64,000 nucleotides of DNA from Lytechinus pictus (taxonomy: Eukaryota), in assembly GCF_037042905.1 (NCBI RefSeq), contig NC_087245.1, forward strand, positions 41,852,001 through 41,916,000. Direction: 5' to 3'. How positions within the stretch are numbered: the stretch's first letter is position 1; the number at the start of each line of letters is the position of its first letter. The position numbers and the translations under genes are program-made. Below are positions 39,553-53,580 of this stretch, piece after piece. The notes under the pieces are model-generated. The model had not been told where the DNA came from. It saw only the letters and a list, made by a program, of their open reading frames with translations, and did not search any database.

Positions 39553-42500
39553 GAATTTTGACCTTGCCCCACATTTCAAGGCACTGCACCTCCATGTGAA
39601 ACATTATCATATCACGTAGCGTATCATTTTAAAGACAATTAAATGATCTTTTAAATGATATCAAATATGCATTGCGTAAAACTGGGAGTCGGGGTATATT
39701 AATGGCCAAACTCAGATTTCCAAACTGTTTTGAGGAGTTCATATATATAAAGTTATTATCCAAAATGATTGAAAAACGGAAAAGCCATCTGTAAAAAGTT
39801 GTTATAAAGCTTTTAGAAGAAATTAATGTTTTCGGAACATGGCAAATGTATGTACATTAAGTAGATCGACAGCTTCATTAAGGAAGCTAACACTCACCTG
39901 CCCACATAATCCTTCTAGCCAGCAATATTTATGCTAATTGCACCATAGGATAAGACAGGGGGTTCCCCATATCCAGCCTGGATTCCCCATATCCAGCCCG
40001 GATTCTTGGAACTGCGTTATATGGTTCATAGAAAACAGATTCTTCGTAAATGTATTGACATATCATTCATGGACAGAGATCGCTGTATACTGCCACAGGC
40101 ACGATCTTGAGGCTACAGGAGTACTCAATGACAAGAAAGTACTCCAAGAATAGAGTCCTGTCTTGTCCAAGTGATCTTCTTTTCACACTCTCCTAAACTC
40201 AGGTTTGTTTTATTCACCAGGGGTATTGTCAAATAGTGAGTTGGCATAAAAAGCTTGATCCCTTTAGCGTTTTTTTTTTCATTGTTCAGACCTTTTTAAT
40301 TTACGATTTTCATTTCATTGATAAAGATAAACTTTAATCAACTATTGATTCATTCATATTCATTCATATGCATTTATTTCGTTCATATATTAAAAATAAC
40401 ATTTACAAAACATATTGGAATATAGAAGAAATAAAAATAATTTATGAAACGAGGAGACAGCTTAGAATGCAGAGAAGGCTTATTGGTGCTGCCACCAATA
40501 AGTTATTATGATAAGGACCATATATTTCGTTATCATCAGGAGAAAAAAATATCAGATAATGATCGGGGATTTGACGTGTTGATATATTCTTAAAATCAGG
40601 CATATCAGAAAAACATCAAAGAAATATACAATCAATTAAAAAAAGCAAAAATATGCGTCGGAGAGTGTGTAAGTTATACAGTATGATAACGTAACCATGG
40701 GAACAACGAGTATATAGAGAAAAGCTAATTCAAAGGACTAGTATATAATAAGAAAGAGCAGGAAAATGTTGTAAAATACACACTAAATAGTGCTTATGCG
40801 TAATAATCAAATTGTGCTTATCAGCAATACATAAGAAAACAACCATCTAAAAATGGACAAATGAGAAATTAGACTTTGTCATAGAAAATTCGAGTTTTTT
40901 TGTCATTATTATTAAAACGATTAACAAATTCGATACCAAGAGGATTCGAACGACAATAAGTAGATACACATAATTTGAAGAATGATATTCATTATATGGA
41001 TTTCAAGTCAGAAAGAGATGAGATCAACCATGACAACCTTTTCCTTTCTTGGCCGTCATTTGTTTTCACCATTGCAAAGATACAAGATTGCATGAAACCC
41101 ATATCAAAATGTTTTGCTTTCCAGTGGGTTCCTTTTTTTTCAGTTCTGTATACTATTTTTGTTTTGTTTTGCTTTCCATTGTAACTTTTGTTAAATTTTG
41201 GAATGAAAAAGAATAAATGCAATCAATCAATCAATCCTAAAACAATTAACAGTAAATTGGGCCATACCAACTTGTAACAAACAACACGCACACGCAAACG
41301 TAAGAGAGAGACAAAAAAGTGTGGAACTTCGTGCGCGCTTTAACTTTCGGAGTTTCATTTCCAGTGGCCTCAAAATAAGCGCGTTGTTTCTCTATCCACT
41401 GTTTTCATATCGATGATCATGTACCCTGGAGTAACCTTTCTTCGTCTTACCTTTTTTTCTCTTTCGGCTATCGGGTGAATGTACTTCTAAAAAAAAATGT
41501 CCGATAAATTGGATGAGAGAAACCGAAAATCCCGTGTTAATGTATGATCATGAGTCGGGGTTCATTGGGATAATCATGAGTATTCGAAATTAGTCTAACT
41601 GGAAAAGTAAAAAAAATCTTTTAATATCACATGACGACTTGAAGTGACATGGTATGCACACAACTGTCTTTCAAAGAAACGATACATATTGATTACATTA
41701 TACTGAAGTTCGAATTGCGAAATGAAGTATAATATTTAAATGCAAGTCTTGGATGAGTACAAAATCCTGGCTAAACTGACAGGTAGATATATGTTTTTTT
41801 TTTTTTGGGGGGGGGGTCCCAAAATACAATTTTTTTTTTCGTCGAACGGTATTCTATGTTTTTTTTTACCCCCCCCCCCTGTTTATATAGTAAATATAGG
41901 TTGAAGGGAGTATAGATCAGGCACCCATCGTTCATAGAGTTGTATTTGATCCGATCAATATCAACTACATGGACACCCCCCCATGCCATTTTTTTTACAG
42001 AAAATATGCACAAGTCCTTTGTAAACGAAAAAGAAGTACACTGAATTTTCAATAAATACAATGAACTTGTGGATATACAGCATGATTATCTAGAAAATGT
42101 TTTTGAACAAACAAGCATTTTAAAATGATGTTGACTGAGGTTGAAGTTGCTGGCTTTCCATGTTTGTGGATGATCGGATTAGTCGCAACTCTTTATAAGA
42201 CCGGGCCCCATGAATAAAAAATTGCGAATTTCCATCTTATTGAGTATACGGATGTGAGAACAACCCAAGTCTATAATAACAAAACTATGATTTCGAGTAA
42301 TGAATGGAGAAAACAGAACGATCTGAGTGTATGTCCAGCGAGTATTTCAGTCATAAATAAAATAAAAAATCATTTCGGGCCATTTTGAATGGAACTTTGG
42401 GAAATAAATTAGGCCGAAAATAAGATCATGTACAAGCAACAATATTCTGTTTTCAACCCACTTTGACAAAGAGATGGACTTGGGGATTTGTCACATTCAT

Positions 42501-43093
42501 AACGTAAATTACAGTATTTTTTCAATTAATCTGGAGACCCCCCTCCGTGAAAGCTAAAAAAAATCACACCTTTTAATGTGTTCCGATGCCATATTGGTTT
42601 GCATTTTTCTCGTTAGAGTGTATGGCAGAGTCGAGCTCTCGAAATAGTTCAAGAACAGTCACGTTTAAAAGTTACACTGAAATTAATAACAATGAATCCA
42701 CATACCAAGACTTGAACTCTACATGTACTGTATACATAATTGAATATCTGAAGTATAGTATATACTGTCCATGCACAAAAGATTGTTGTACTTTCAAGTC
42801 TGTCGTCCATGGATTAATAACAATAAAGGGAAGAAAATCCATAACAAAAGAGAAGGGTTAGGTAACATGATAACATTAGTATTCTGTTCGAGAGGCTCCA
42901 TTTTTGTGTATCAAATTTTCATTAAGTAGCCTTTTTGTCGGCTGGCTGACCTGCCATTTACGCTCTGCATTTAATCTAATCAGTAGATTAAAATAAAATT
43001 GCAGGCCATCCCTAAGTTCATTTTTTCGAGAGCACTTCTCCATACTCACACTTTTTCCCTTCTTCAACGTTCCTATATTGTATAAAGTATACA

Positions 43094-43343
43094 CAGGGGG
43101 TGGATCCAGGATTTTCCAAAAGATGGGGGGGGGGTGGCACATTTTCCCGAGTAAAAATTGACAAAAAGGGGTCCCCATTTGTGTATGAACGACATACATG
43201 TATTCCCATTAGAAATATATACTGTAACTTTCAAAAGGTGGGGGTGGGCTCGTGTTAGAACGTCATATATTTACATAAATAATGGCTCTCATGGGGGGGG
43301 GGGGGCTAGGCAGGATGTGTCCACCCCCCTTGATCCGCCACTG
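43094..43343 (+). mobile_element. hAT-like MITE
   Basis: CAGGGGGTGGATCCAGG...CCTTGATCCGCCACTG with perfect 8-bp TSD AGTATACA. Confidence 0.9.
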
Positions 43344-44267
43344 AGTATACACATTATATTTCATGGATGACACGGATCGTGTTCTATCTCGGATTAATTA
43401 TCCTCTCGTTCGTTAAGTCGAATGATTTGATAAATGTCCCTTTTTTCTCACCAATTCTTAACTTGTATAAAGATATGTAATTCATAAGGTACTGTCTGTT
43501 TGATAAATGTTTATGCATTAAAGAAACTAGTTTATGTCTCTGTCTTTTTTGCCAACCGTATCAATCGAAAGGTATAGTGAACATGGATGGTGAAGCTCGT
43601 GATCGATATTCCCAATCGTTAGAATGTGATCACCTTTGTCTTTTGCTTTTCTTTCAAAAAGGTTTGTTGACATGTATAACGACTTGATATAAACATCAAG
43701 TGGCCGACAATAACCCGCTGACAGCACTTCTTTTGTTTCAAAGCCATTTTCGAGCGATTGGCTTTAAGGTCACTGAAACAAAGCATGGTGTCCGTAAGCT
43801 ATAAGGGGACAAGCGCGTCGATCGTTTCTTTCACCTTGTTGTAAAATGAATGTTGTGGTTTTCCCTTTTGACACGGAGGACAAGTTCATGTCAAAAGTTT
43901 GATGTGAAAATAAAGTCAGTGGCTGATATACTTTTGAATGATGCATGTGTTTCTCCAACATCCCCCCCCCCCTCCCTTAAGGACAAGTACTTGTTCTTCT
44001 CACCGTCCGAGAGTAGCTGCTGTTCACATGGCCTTCCTGCGCATCTGAAGTCGCAAACAAGAAACAAACGTCGGAACGGCCGCTTTTGAAGCACATGCGT
44101 CGTCGACGTCTTCTGGCACAACGCAAAATGGCTTGCTTTATAGCATTATCCGCCAGCAACCTTTTTCCATTCCTACGATATCACACCGCCTCCCCCGGCG
44201 TCGGCTTAGATTTTATTTTGTCAAAGATTATACAACATACATTTATTCATGAACATGAATCGTAAAG

Positions 44268-44344
<77 letters not shown>
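44268..44344. repeat. poly(A) plus (TA)n tract
   Basis: Direct observation. Confidence 0.95.
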
Positions 44345-44350
<6 letters not shown>

Positions 44351-45155
44351 CAGCGTGGCACTGGCGTGGTTGAGAGATTAGTGTTGATTTGCCAATGTTT
44401 TCCTTTTGTTGAATTATAGTGAGACTTTGAAAAATAGAATCCATAAACTGTATTCAAAGTTTTCAAACCTGTGGTTAGGACAGAAAAACGCAAGGTTCTT
44501 AAGAAAATAAATCATCGCCGGTAATGGCCAAGTATAGAGTAGGATGGGGATCGGGACAGTGTCCGGACACTTTATATTTTTGAAGCCTTCTTTTTTGTCT
44601 TTGGATTACACTAATATATGAATTCAATAGTTGCAATCATCTTCTATTTTGTTCTTTATAACATTTTGTACTAAAAATTGATGAAACTTCGCTTGTATCT
44701 TTTTCCAAATGACTTTCTAAAATTGATCGTCTGGACACACAACAACTGGATGTATACGGTTATTCCCCTGTCATGCCTTTTGGGCTGATAGGATTATGTT
44801 TTATCTTGCATCATACTATATACGGGTGCAAACTTTTTATTCCTCTACTGGTATATATCTCTCCTAAAAACGGGACACTGTTTTGTAAATCAGGAAAAGG
44901 ATGGGTAAGGCATTCTAAATACGCTTTTTTAATTAAAAATTTTGATATTCCGATTAGAAAAAAGGAGAATTTGAGCACTATTTCAAGCACGTAGGAACAT
45001 TCTGAAGGGGGGGGGGGGGTCCTACAAAACGTCGTTCAATTTCATTAAATTTCTATCATTCGTCATACCTACTGGATTTCCAGGGGGTGTTGCCTATGGA
45101 AAATAACACATGCAGCAGCCCCAAGGACAATTTTGGGGTGCTGAAGCCATGGAAC

Positions 45156-45299
45156 CACTAGCGTACCTACGGGGGGGGGGGGCGGCAGAGGGGGCAGTCT
45201 GTCCCCCTGACGAGCCACAACCAATGCAAAGGACGTATCCCTGCCCCCCTGACGAGCTTGAAGACCTTTATTGCCCCCCCCCCCCCTGACGAGCTTGAA

Positions 45300-45334
<35 letters not shown>

Positions 45335-45419
45335 TGTCAATATTTTTTCTGGTACAAAATCCTTGTCAATTTTGGCGGACGGTTTTGCCCCCCTGTGGAA
45401 AATCCTAGGTACGCCACTG
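45156..45419. mobile_element. hAT-like MITE
   Basis: CACTAGCGTACCTA...TAGGTACGCCACTG with perfect 8-bp TSD CATGGAAC. CCCCCTGACGAGC occurs three times internally. Confidence 0.9.
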
Positions 45420-46316
45420 CATGGAACTTGCATATTTCTAATGGCAGCGAACCCCAGGATGGTACGCCTCTTAAACACATTTCTATATATCTTTCATAAT
45501 ACTTTGCATTCTCATTCCATCTTCTTCCTCATGCTGGGGGACCGCGTTTCATTAGAAAAAGTCACTGGACCTTTGTTTACTTTTTCAAGTAATTTCATTT
45601 AGCATCACAGTCCGATTCATTCACCACAATGACGCACACTATGACCTCCCAATGCACCAACCATCCAAATTAAATTAGCGGGCAAAATAGAATGATTTTA
45701 TAAGACAGATAGTATCCCATGCGATTTGCCTGATTCCCGATACTGACTTCAAATCAGCGGTCACGGAACCAGCTTTTTGACGACGAGTCCCTTGCGAACA
45801 TAACCAGATGTTTACGCGCGCATGGGAGGGCGTTTACCAGGGATCGCTAGCGGGTGAAAAAAACTTCGCATACATTGTCGGCGCCAGGTCTACTCCGCAT
45901 CGGTATGTAATCTATCAGCTGATTTTCGATCGATAACTCATTGACCGGTTGAAATCGATCCCATGCCCACGCACCCGTTCGGTCAAGCCTTCGAAGCGAA
46001 TCGCGCAGATGGGATCGAAATCATCTGTTGAACAAGAAATGCGCCACTCCAATTATCCCCACCCTTAATCACCATATGATTCCGTTCCTTTATGGCAAAC
46101 ATATCGATTGTACATCAGCCCCAATGTTTGTTCCAAAACAAGTAGAACATTTGAAAGAGGATACGTAATAGACTACTGCTCTGCACAGGATGATAGAGGT
46201 ATGCACAAAAGCGAATTATAACATTAAAAAATAAAAAGACGCCATGCCAATTAGATTTTTTGTTGTTGCAAGTAATGATCTGATAATTGGATCAATGATA
46301 GACGCAGATATCATTA

Positions 46317-46492
46317 CACTGAAAAAACTCCGGTGTTGATTTAACACCAGCCCGGAATCTGTATATGTCCACACCAGAGAAGTGTTAAACAACACCAGTT
46401 TGATTTTGGTCTAACACAGGATAAGCGTCTATACAACACCAATTAGTATTGAAAGAACACCAGTTTGAAATTAAACTATTTTTTTTTCAGTG
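46317..46492 (+). mobile_element. CACT...AGTG MITE (AACACCAG-rich), copy 1
   Basis: TA|CACTGAAAAAA...TTTTTTCAGTG|TA. Confidence 0.8.
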
Positions 46493-46507
46493 TAAGTTCT
46501 GCACAGC

Positions 46508-46615
46508 TAGGGATGTAGTCGAGGACGGCACTTTCGAGTTACAAGACCACCAGAGAAAACCTTTTTCCTTAGAGTTTGTACACGTGACCCGAGGCCGGTC
46601 TCGATTACACCCTTG
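46508..46615. mobile_element. Short internally deleted TIR element
   Basis: TAGGGATGTAGTCGAG...CTCGATTACACCCTTG imperfect inverted ends. Confidence 0.45.
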
Positions 46616-46672
46616 CTTATGAAGGTTTCCATGGTGAAGAAGGAATCAGGATAGTGGCTTGACGGCCCACCA

Positions 46673-46927
46673 CACTACCAAAACGCCGCGGCACGCCGGT
46701 GTTAATTTAACACCAGCTTGGTGTCTATATCGGTCAACACCAGAGAAGCGTTGTAACAACACCAGTTAAGAATCAAACCGATATTGGTTTAACACTAATC
46801 CGTGTTGCTTAAATGCCAATTTGGTGTTAGCCTAACGCCAGACTGGTGTTGTTTTAACACCTCTGTGATGTGGACCGATAATAGATACCAGGCTGGTGTA
46901 ATAATGAACACCGGCGCTTTTGCAGTG
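46673..46927 (+). mobile_element. CACT...AGTG MITE (AACACCAG-rich), copy 2
   Basis: CA|CACTACCAAAACGCCG...CGGCGCTTTTGCAGTG|CA. Shares ccggtgtt.atttaacaccagc...acaccagagaag with 46317-46492. Confidence 0.8.
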
Positions 46928-47010
46928 CATGTATTATTTTGTGAGCATTCTCCAAAAGACGACAAGAACATACGAAACGTCGATTTTAGGTGCATGGCCC
47001 TTTCCAGGAC

Positions 47011-47594
47011 CCCGGGGGGGGGGGGGCACTTACATTGACGAGTGGATACCATGCGCGACCAAAAAAAAACAATTAAAAAGGATGTCTTTTTCAAGATAGG
47101 GCACGTTACGTACGTAACGTAATAAGGGTGTCAAATACACTAAAATAATGAAAAAAGGGTATCTATTTTCACTAGGAAAGCTACGTGTTTAGGGTCAAAT
47201 TTGCGACGGTATAAACAATTAAGACTAAAATGTTATATAAAGGATGTACTTTTTGCCCCAAGAGTCAACACTACGTGTTTAGATTACCGATTTGCACGAG
47301 GTGTGGGAGGTGGGGCTGGACTAGACTAAACCCAATAGGTAAAGGTAAAACCGACGACCGACGTCTGTGACAATTGAAATATTGCTGTACTTGTTTAGGG
47401 GTTCAATTCAGGGAATACTTGCCAAGAGTATCGTTTTGTTTCCAACACTTGTTAAGGGTAGGGTTTCACACGCCAATACTTGTTAAGGGGTGCATTTTCA
47501 GTATATGGAAAATACGTGTTCAGGGTGCTTTTCGAGACCCCATGGTCGCGCATGGTAGCCACTCGTGAATATGGAAGTGCCCCCCCCCCCCGGG
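47011..47594. mobile_element. TIR element with CCCGGG termini and 8-bp TSD
   Basis: CCCG(n)CACTTACATTGACGAGTGGATACCATGCGCGACCA ... TGGTCGCGCATGGTAGCCACTCGTGAATATGGAAGTGC(n)GGG, TSD TCCAGGAC. Confidence 0.9.
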
Positions 47595-48235
47595 TCCAGG
47601 ACCAACAGAAGACTGGTTAGTACCCATGAAGTATCTACGCCAATACATTAGAAATTGACCTGCATGAATCCAGGGATTTATCTTATCAGTTAAAAAAAGA
47701 TATGGGGACTGTTATATCAAAAGTTTGCATATAGTTAAAATTAAAAAGACTTAATGTGGGATGGAAAGCGCTTGTTCGCTAATTGTAATAATTTTACTCA
47801 ATCTCAGAAAGTATATTTTACAGTTCGCTGGTAACTTTCAAATTATGTAATATACATGTATATTCATGATAATAGAGTACATGTTATAATGTTCTTGGAA
47901 GAGATTGAATGATAACAAGCGAGGCACATTTCTCGTCCTAATAATTACTTATTATTGGTAGCTTTGGGCCGTGTTGGCCTTTATTAATGCCCCGAACATG
48001 GAATGAAATAAAATAAGACATAATACATGTATACAACATATCGATCATGTCAATCAGGTTACGGTATAAAAAGTAAAATACATGATGAATATCAACAGAT
48101 AATTTAATTGTATATACGTTCTTTAAAGATATTTGATGTGAAAGGAACACGAATAATCTTTTCAATACCTTTTCCAATATGAGTTCTGCTTAATTATTCA
48201 TCATTTAAATCAACATATACAGTACGTTTGGGTTA

Positions 48236-48466
48236 CACTCTAAAAACTTTACACAATATTGGGTAAAATGGGAATATGCATGCATGCTTGTTGGGTAAAA
48301 GAGACACCAAGTATTTGTAAATTTTACGCAATGTTGCGCTGAAATTTACCCTTCAAACGTGCATTTTGCCCAATATTGAGAGAAAAAATACCCAGCAAAC
48401 ATGCATGTTCCCTTTCTACCCAATATTGGCATGATTGGGTAATTTTTTAACTCTGTTTTTAGAGTG
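48236..48466. mobile_element. CACT...AGTG MITE
   Basis: CACTCTAAAAAC...GTTTTTAGAGTG with recurrent TTGGGTAA/TACCCAA motifs. Confidence 0.75.
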
Positions 48467-48949
48467 GAAGCACCGATCTTCTGTACAAAGTTTTAAGGCA
48501 GTAATGTATATGCCTCTTCTTGCATCCCTTGAGATCAATCGAATTAATCAATAATTTTGTTTGCGGTTAACCATTTCTCCGCAACAAGAATCTATTCATT
48601 CATTCTGTCTGTGTAACCAGCCTTATAATCCTTGTGATTATAAGATCATAATCGGAACAATAACTTGGTTGAAGTGTTCTAGACATTATAGTACAGAGGG
48701 TATGTATCATACAGTTTTCTGCAAAAGCCCCACACTATGAAAGACATAATTTATAAGATCTCACATACCGATTTTTTAAATATTTTCAGAAAAAACTAGA
48801 ATTACTTGGTATGCGGTAGAATTTCAAACCCGTTTATCAATGATAATGAATATAAAAAGTACAATCATTATGCGGATTTTTAAATGTCGCACAGATAGAC
48901 AATTACTTCTTGATCATTTTTATGCCTTATTGTATCATTGGCCCATTTA

Positions 48950-49473
48950 CAAAGGTGTGCGTCTCGAGGACAATGCCAAGGCATTTGGACTTGGACTTAG
49001 TCTCGGATGTATTGTCCTTGGCCACGGGCTCCACATGTCTTGTTCTTGGGCTGGAGCGTTTTGTCTTGTATAGATCCCTGGACGAGGTAAGAACGTATTT
49101 CAGAACAAAAGAAGGTGACGATCAGTTAATTGATCATGTGTTTTGTGTCAAATATATCAGTTTTGTGATATTATTTCCCTTTTTCCCCTTTCTCTTCATG
49201 ATTTTAAATTCATTTTTGGTGATACATGTATGTGCAGAAAAGAATGTTTCTCTTGTATTATGGACTATTTTTTTTTATGGATAAGCATATGACGTATTGT
49301 GATCATCGAACCCGACCTTGGACTCGAGGAATTTGATGTGGCCTCCGCTTTGTTCCCAGTCCTTGGTCTTGGCCTCGGAGTTCTGAAGTCCTGTCATTGA
49401 GCACTTGGCATTGTCATTGACCCCTCGCACACTGGCTTGACCCTGGCTTTGCTTATCCGGTCTTACAGCACTG
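48950..49473. mobile_element. Decayed TIR element with CTTGGTCTTGG-type subterminal repeats
   Basis: Clusters of ttggacttggactt / ccttggtcttggcctcg near both ends. Right end TACAGCACTG. Confidence 0.4.
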
Positions 49474-49569
49474 TCCATTAAAATGCCCTGCCCCTCACAT
49501 GAAGGTAATTTGAATTAGAGGAGGACAAAATCGATCAGCATAACGCTTGAATTTTTCCCAACTACAATA

Positions 49570-49711
49570 CAATCTCAGAAATTGGTTTAACCAACACCAA
49601 AGTTGGTTAAGGCATTAACCAACCAATTTTGCATGCAAATTTATTTTAACCAACACTTGGTAGATTCATGTCTTAACCAACTTTGGTGTTGGTTAAAACA
49701 ATTTGAGAGTG
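49570..49711. mobile_element. Near-palindromic CA.T...AGTG MITE
   Basis: TA|CAATCTCAGAAATTGGTTTAACCAACACCAAAGTTGGTTAAG...CTTAACCAACTTTGGTGTTGGTTAAAACAATTTGAGAGTG|TA. Confidence 0.8.
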
Positions 49712-51652
49712 TATGACATTAGTATGAAGACGAAGAACCTTATGAAGAGTCAACAATTTGTAGATTGTCCAATGCTTATATAAGAAGTGATGTGTATGAC
49801 GTGGTCGATATGCATGTAAGTGGGCAGATAATTATACATGTATACCTTTTATTGTATGATTGGTATATAAATACGTCTGATGGGAATTAACCAAAGGTTA
49901 AATAATTCTAACATGTGTCTATGGGGTGCTTGAACTTTTTGCCAACACCTTTTGCTAACTACTGCACTTTCAAATGTCACAACCGATGATATAATGAAAG
50001 ATAGAAATCGTACAAAGATCCAATCAATATATTTTGGTCTTCCGGAGAATGAAATAGGGGTAGATTCTCTGGTAAATAAAAATTCAGTTTCCGTGGCCTC
50101 AAAAAGACTGCACCTTTTCAAGTAAGATACTGCAAAGATTTTTCTTGATGATAATTTGATAAAAATGATAATAATTCAACTTAAATATTTATTCAAAAAT
50201 TATGATTCATTTTTTTCATTCGGGTTATACTTGGATTTGCCTGGACTCTTTTTACTATACCGCACAAGCCATAATGCTACTCGAGCATTGTGACCATACA
50301 TTGATGAAATCATCATATTACGAATATCTACAGAACAACAATTTTTTACCGGTAGAACCGTATGGGATATGTTTGACTTGTCATTCTCGGTCAATATTGA
50401 ACGGGTCATCATCTTCGATGTCAAGGATGCTTGTGAATGAGATTCATCTGGAACCGTCGAGGGAAATATTGAATATCGGTGACAGTGCACGGCAATGAAC
50501 GGCGAAGCTGTTCGTACAAGGAAGGGAATTGTCCTAGTGGTTATTTTGACTATCCACCCCCCCCCCCATCCCCATCTTGTTGAGAAATGATGTACCTTGC
50601 TTGTTTTGTATTGAAGTGTTATTGTTTCTTTAAATCATCTTTTTATTTGTTTTTTTATTTGTATTTTCTTATTCAATTTTTGCTTATGTATTTGTTATGG
50701 TTTTCATTTGTTCATTCATTTTTTATTTGTATTTGGATTTCTTCTTTCTAAATTTGCGTGTATTTATTTTAACTATCTTAATTATCTATTGAGTTATTTA
50801 GCTAATTTAATTTTTGTATTTATTTTCATTTATATTTACTCATTTATTTAATTATTTTGGGAGTGGGGTTGAAAAAGGGCTGGGACTTGATCTCCATCGT
50901 ATCTCTCTCATTCCCATCCTCTCTCTCTTACAGGTAGCCAGGATGTAGCAAAACGTTTAAGTATTAAGTTATGCTTTGGGGGATCAGTGTTTGGTTTATT
51001 GTATTGATTGAAAGTTAAAATGTCATTTATATTTTGCACTTTCCTTCACTAAAGTGTTCTCTGACGCTCCGGGGTCATGTGACTGCGGGCTTCCAACCCC
51101 CCCCCCCCCTCACACACATACACACACACACACTGTTTTTCAGTAAACGTGTAAACAGGGAGAAAAAAAACATCGAATTTCGAATCGGGATTTAATGCAT
51201 GTTCAAACCCACACATACTTTTGACTCAGCCCTCATACATGTAACATTCAAAATCGTTCCGCTCCCCCCCCCCCCGCTTTTTCTACGTCAGTGATATGGA
51301 TATCAAACTGTTTTCATCTTAATCCTATATTCACTTATTCTGGGAAAGAAATGTGTGCAATAAGAAATGCGATGTACTTAAAGGCATACGATTAAAGGCT
51401 GTTGACTTGGACTTGTTGAATTAGCTTAAGTAGACTGTCGTAAGGAGCTGCAAACAAACACACTCCTTATGCTCGTAGGCCTATTATCCAGGAAATATGT
51501 TTTACGTATAATAATATTATATTACCATATTTACTGATTAACAACTATAATATCATTGACATATCACATAATCACAATGCCTTTTACATCGAAAATTCGA
51601 AAGGAAAATTACGAGAGTGAGGGAACGCGTAATATCAATTTCCATCACCGAC

Positions 51653-51850
51653 TATTATTATTTTTTTTTAAACAAGTGCACACCAAGTTACCAATAATGC
51701 CTATAGCATTTCCATTTATTTGAAAGCAGGATAAAAGAGCATTGCAATTTAAATGCCTTGCTCACAGGCATAGGTGCCGCGGCCGGGGATCGAACCCCGG
51801 ACTTTTTATGTATAGCCAGGCGCCTTAGACCACTCGGCCACGGCACCTCC
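51653..51850 (-). mobile_element. Short tRNA-derived SINE
   Basis: Minus strand GGAGGTGCCGTGGCCGAGTGGTCTAAGGCG (A box)...GGGGTTCGATCCCC (B box)...cctgtgagcaaggcattt (CORE-like)...A-rich/(AAT)n tail. Anticodon arm unpaired. Confidence 0.85.
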
Positions 51851-51925
51851 ACTTCATTATCGACTCAATGAAACGATATCCCCCAATAACACCAGCGAGA
51901 AACGATGGGGATCAGTTGAATCCAG

Positions 51926-52105
51926 GTGGGGGTTTCATAAATGTCTTCGTACTTTACGAGTGACTTTACAAATGACTGGCGACCCTTTCTAAGGAACTAC
52001 ATCAACACCGATGAAAATCTGGTGTGCATCATTTACCGCAAGAAAGGATCACCAGTCGCTAAGGTACCTCGTAACTTACGAGCAGCGTTTATATGAAACA
52101 CCCAC
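51926..52105. mobile_element. Harbinger-like MITE
   Basis: CAG|GTGGGGGTTTCATA...TATGAAACACCCAC|CTG. Internal inverted pair gactggcgaccctttct / agaaaggatcaccagtc. Confidence 0.75.
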
Positions 52106-53415
52106 CTGAATGAAGGTGAATCTCCTCGGTCCCTCCTCCTCCACCTCTCTCCTCCAATATCACTATGACAACGATGACTGGGAAGAGAGACTAAAATCGA
52201 TGCGCTCTTGGAATCTTCGATACCATGCAAGATGTTATCAAGGCACGCTGAGCCACGTTGTTCGTAGTCATGATAGTGGGCGGTTTGCTAATTGGAACAC
52301 ATCGTTAGTCATAAGTAAAGCATAACCGATCTTTCTATAAAAAAAAAAAACGATCGGAACAATTTTATGGATTCTTTGTTGTCCTTGATGCATTTGATTT
52401 TCTGCATGCTTCTTATCTGAAAAAAATTTAATCTCGGATTCTGTTTAATACGGAAAGATAACATGTTGATAACAATAAATTGTTTAAAATTAAAAATAAT
52501 TGTGTTAACTTTTTAAACGACCTGATTAAAATTTCAAACAACTTATTTGAAAAAAAAAACTTGTGTAAAATGTTAAACATCTTGCATACATTTTTTAACC
52601 TTAGAGTGACGTGCTTAAACAATGTGCTTAAGATTTTAAGCAGCATTTGTATAGTGTAACGCTTTGCTTCAGCAATCATTGATACAACCCTAGTTGTCCT
52701 AGGTGGTAATATGTTTTATCACGTGATTATGTACGTCACTATATCATGACTGCCAATTCCACATATCTAGTGAGCTTGCATAGATTTGACGCAATGAATA
52801 CAAAAAATGTATAAAAAAGTAACTTGACATGACAAATGAAACTTCAATCAATCGTGAAAATCAAGCGTACGATTAATCGCTAACCTTTGTGTTACGGGGC
52901 CCAGATTGCATTTAAAAAACTACACTTGTTTCCACCCACTACTGTTTCTTTCATTGATTGACGTTAAAAGGGGTTAGATGAAAGGTTTTTTACCTTACGC
53001 ATAGCAAACCACCGGGCGGTATTATATGCGGGCCTGTGGAATGTATTCGACCATTTTTAATTCATTCTTTGTTTATCATGAAGTGGGTAGGTAAAGGCTT
53101 TAATATCGTGTGGTAATTCACCTTCCCGTATTTAGGACTTCTTTCTAAAGCGATTGGCATTATGATATCGCTTCCCACTTTCCTTTTTGTCTTCTATATT
53201 TCTCACTTTCTAACCGATGATTACTTATTCGAGAAATTTGATGCCCCTGTTGCGTCACCATGGCCGCATATTTTTTTGGTTGAAAATCCATGCAATTAAA
53301 AAAGGCCCATGTCATATTATCTGAATGACTAAACAAGACATATTGGGAATAACTAAAAGGGACAGGAAAAGGACAGCAAATAAAGTGAAAGAGTAAGGTA
53401 AAATAAAAGTGATAA

Positions 53416-53580
53416 TACCTTGGTCACATTTGTTCTACGGCGGCCGTACGGCGAGTCGAAAACAGCCGTTTTGTTAATTTTTATTCAAACCACCTTTATG
53501 TAGCTGGTACCAAAAAGATGTTAAAACGGCTCTTTTCGACTCGCCGTACGGCCGCCGTAGAACAAAATGTGACCAAGGCA
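53416..53580. mobile_element. Palindromic Harbinger-like MITE
   Basis: TAA|TACCTTGGTCACATTTGTTCTACGGCGGCCGTACGGCGAGTCGAAAA...TTTTCGACTCGCCGTACGGCCGCCGTAGAACAAAATGTGACCAAGGCA|TAA, ~55-bp arms. Confidence 0.9.

Noticed and set aside
39963..40005. 20-bp direct duplication TTCCCCATATCCAGCC(T/C)GGA
   Set aside because: Simple local slippage duplication with no further structure.
51775..51850. Functional tRNA gene (likewise the heads at 27467, 31500-31572 and 57671)
   Set aside because: Anticodon or acceptor arms do not pair properly, and each continues into a SINE body and simple-repeat tail.
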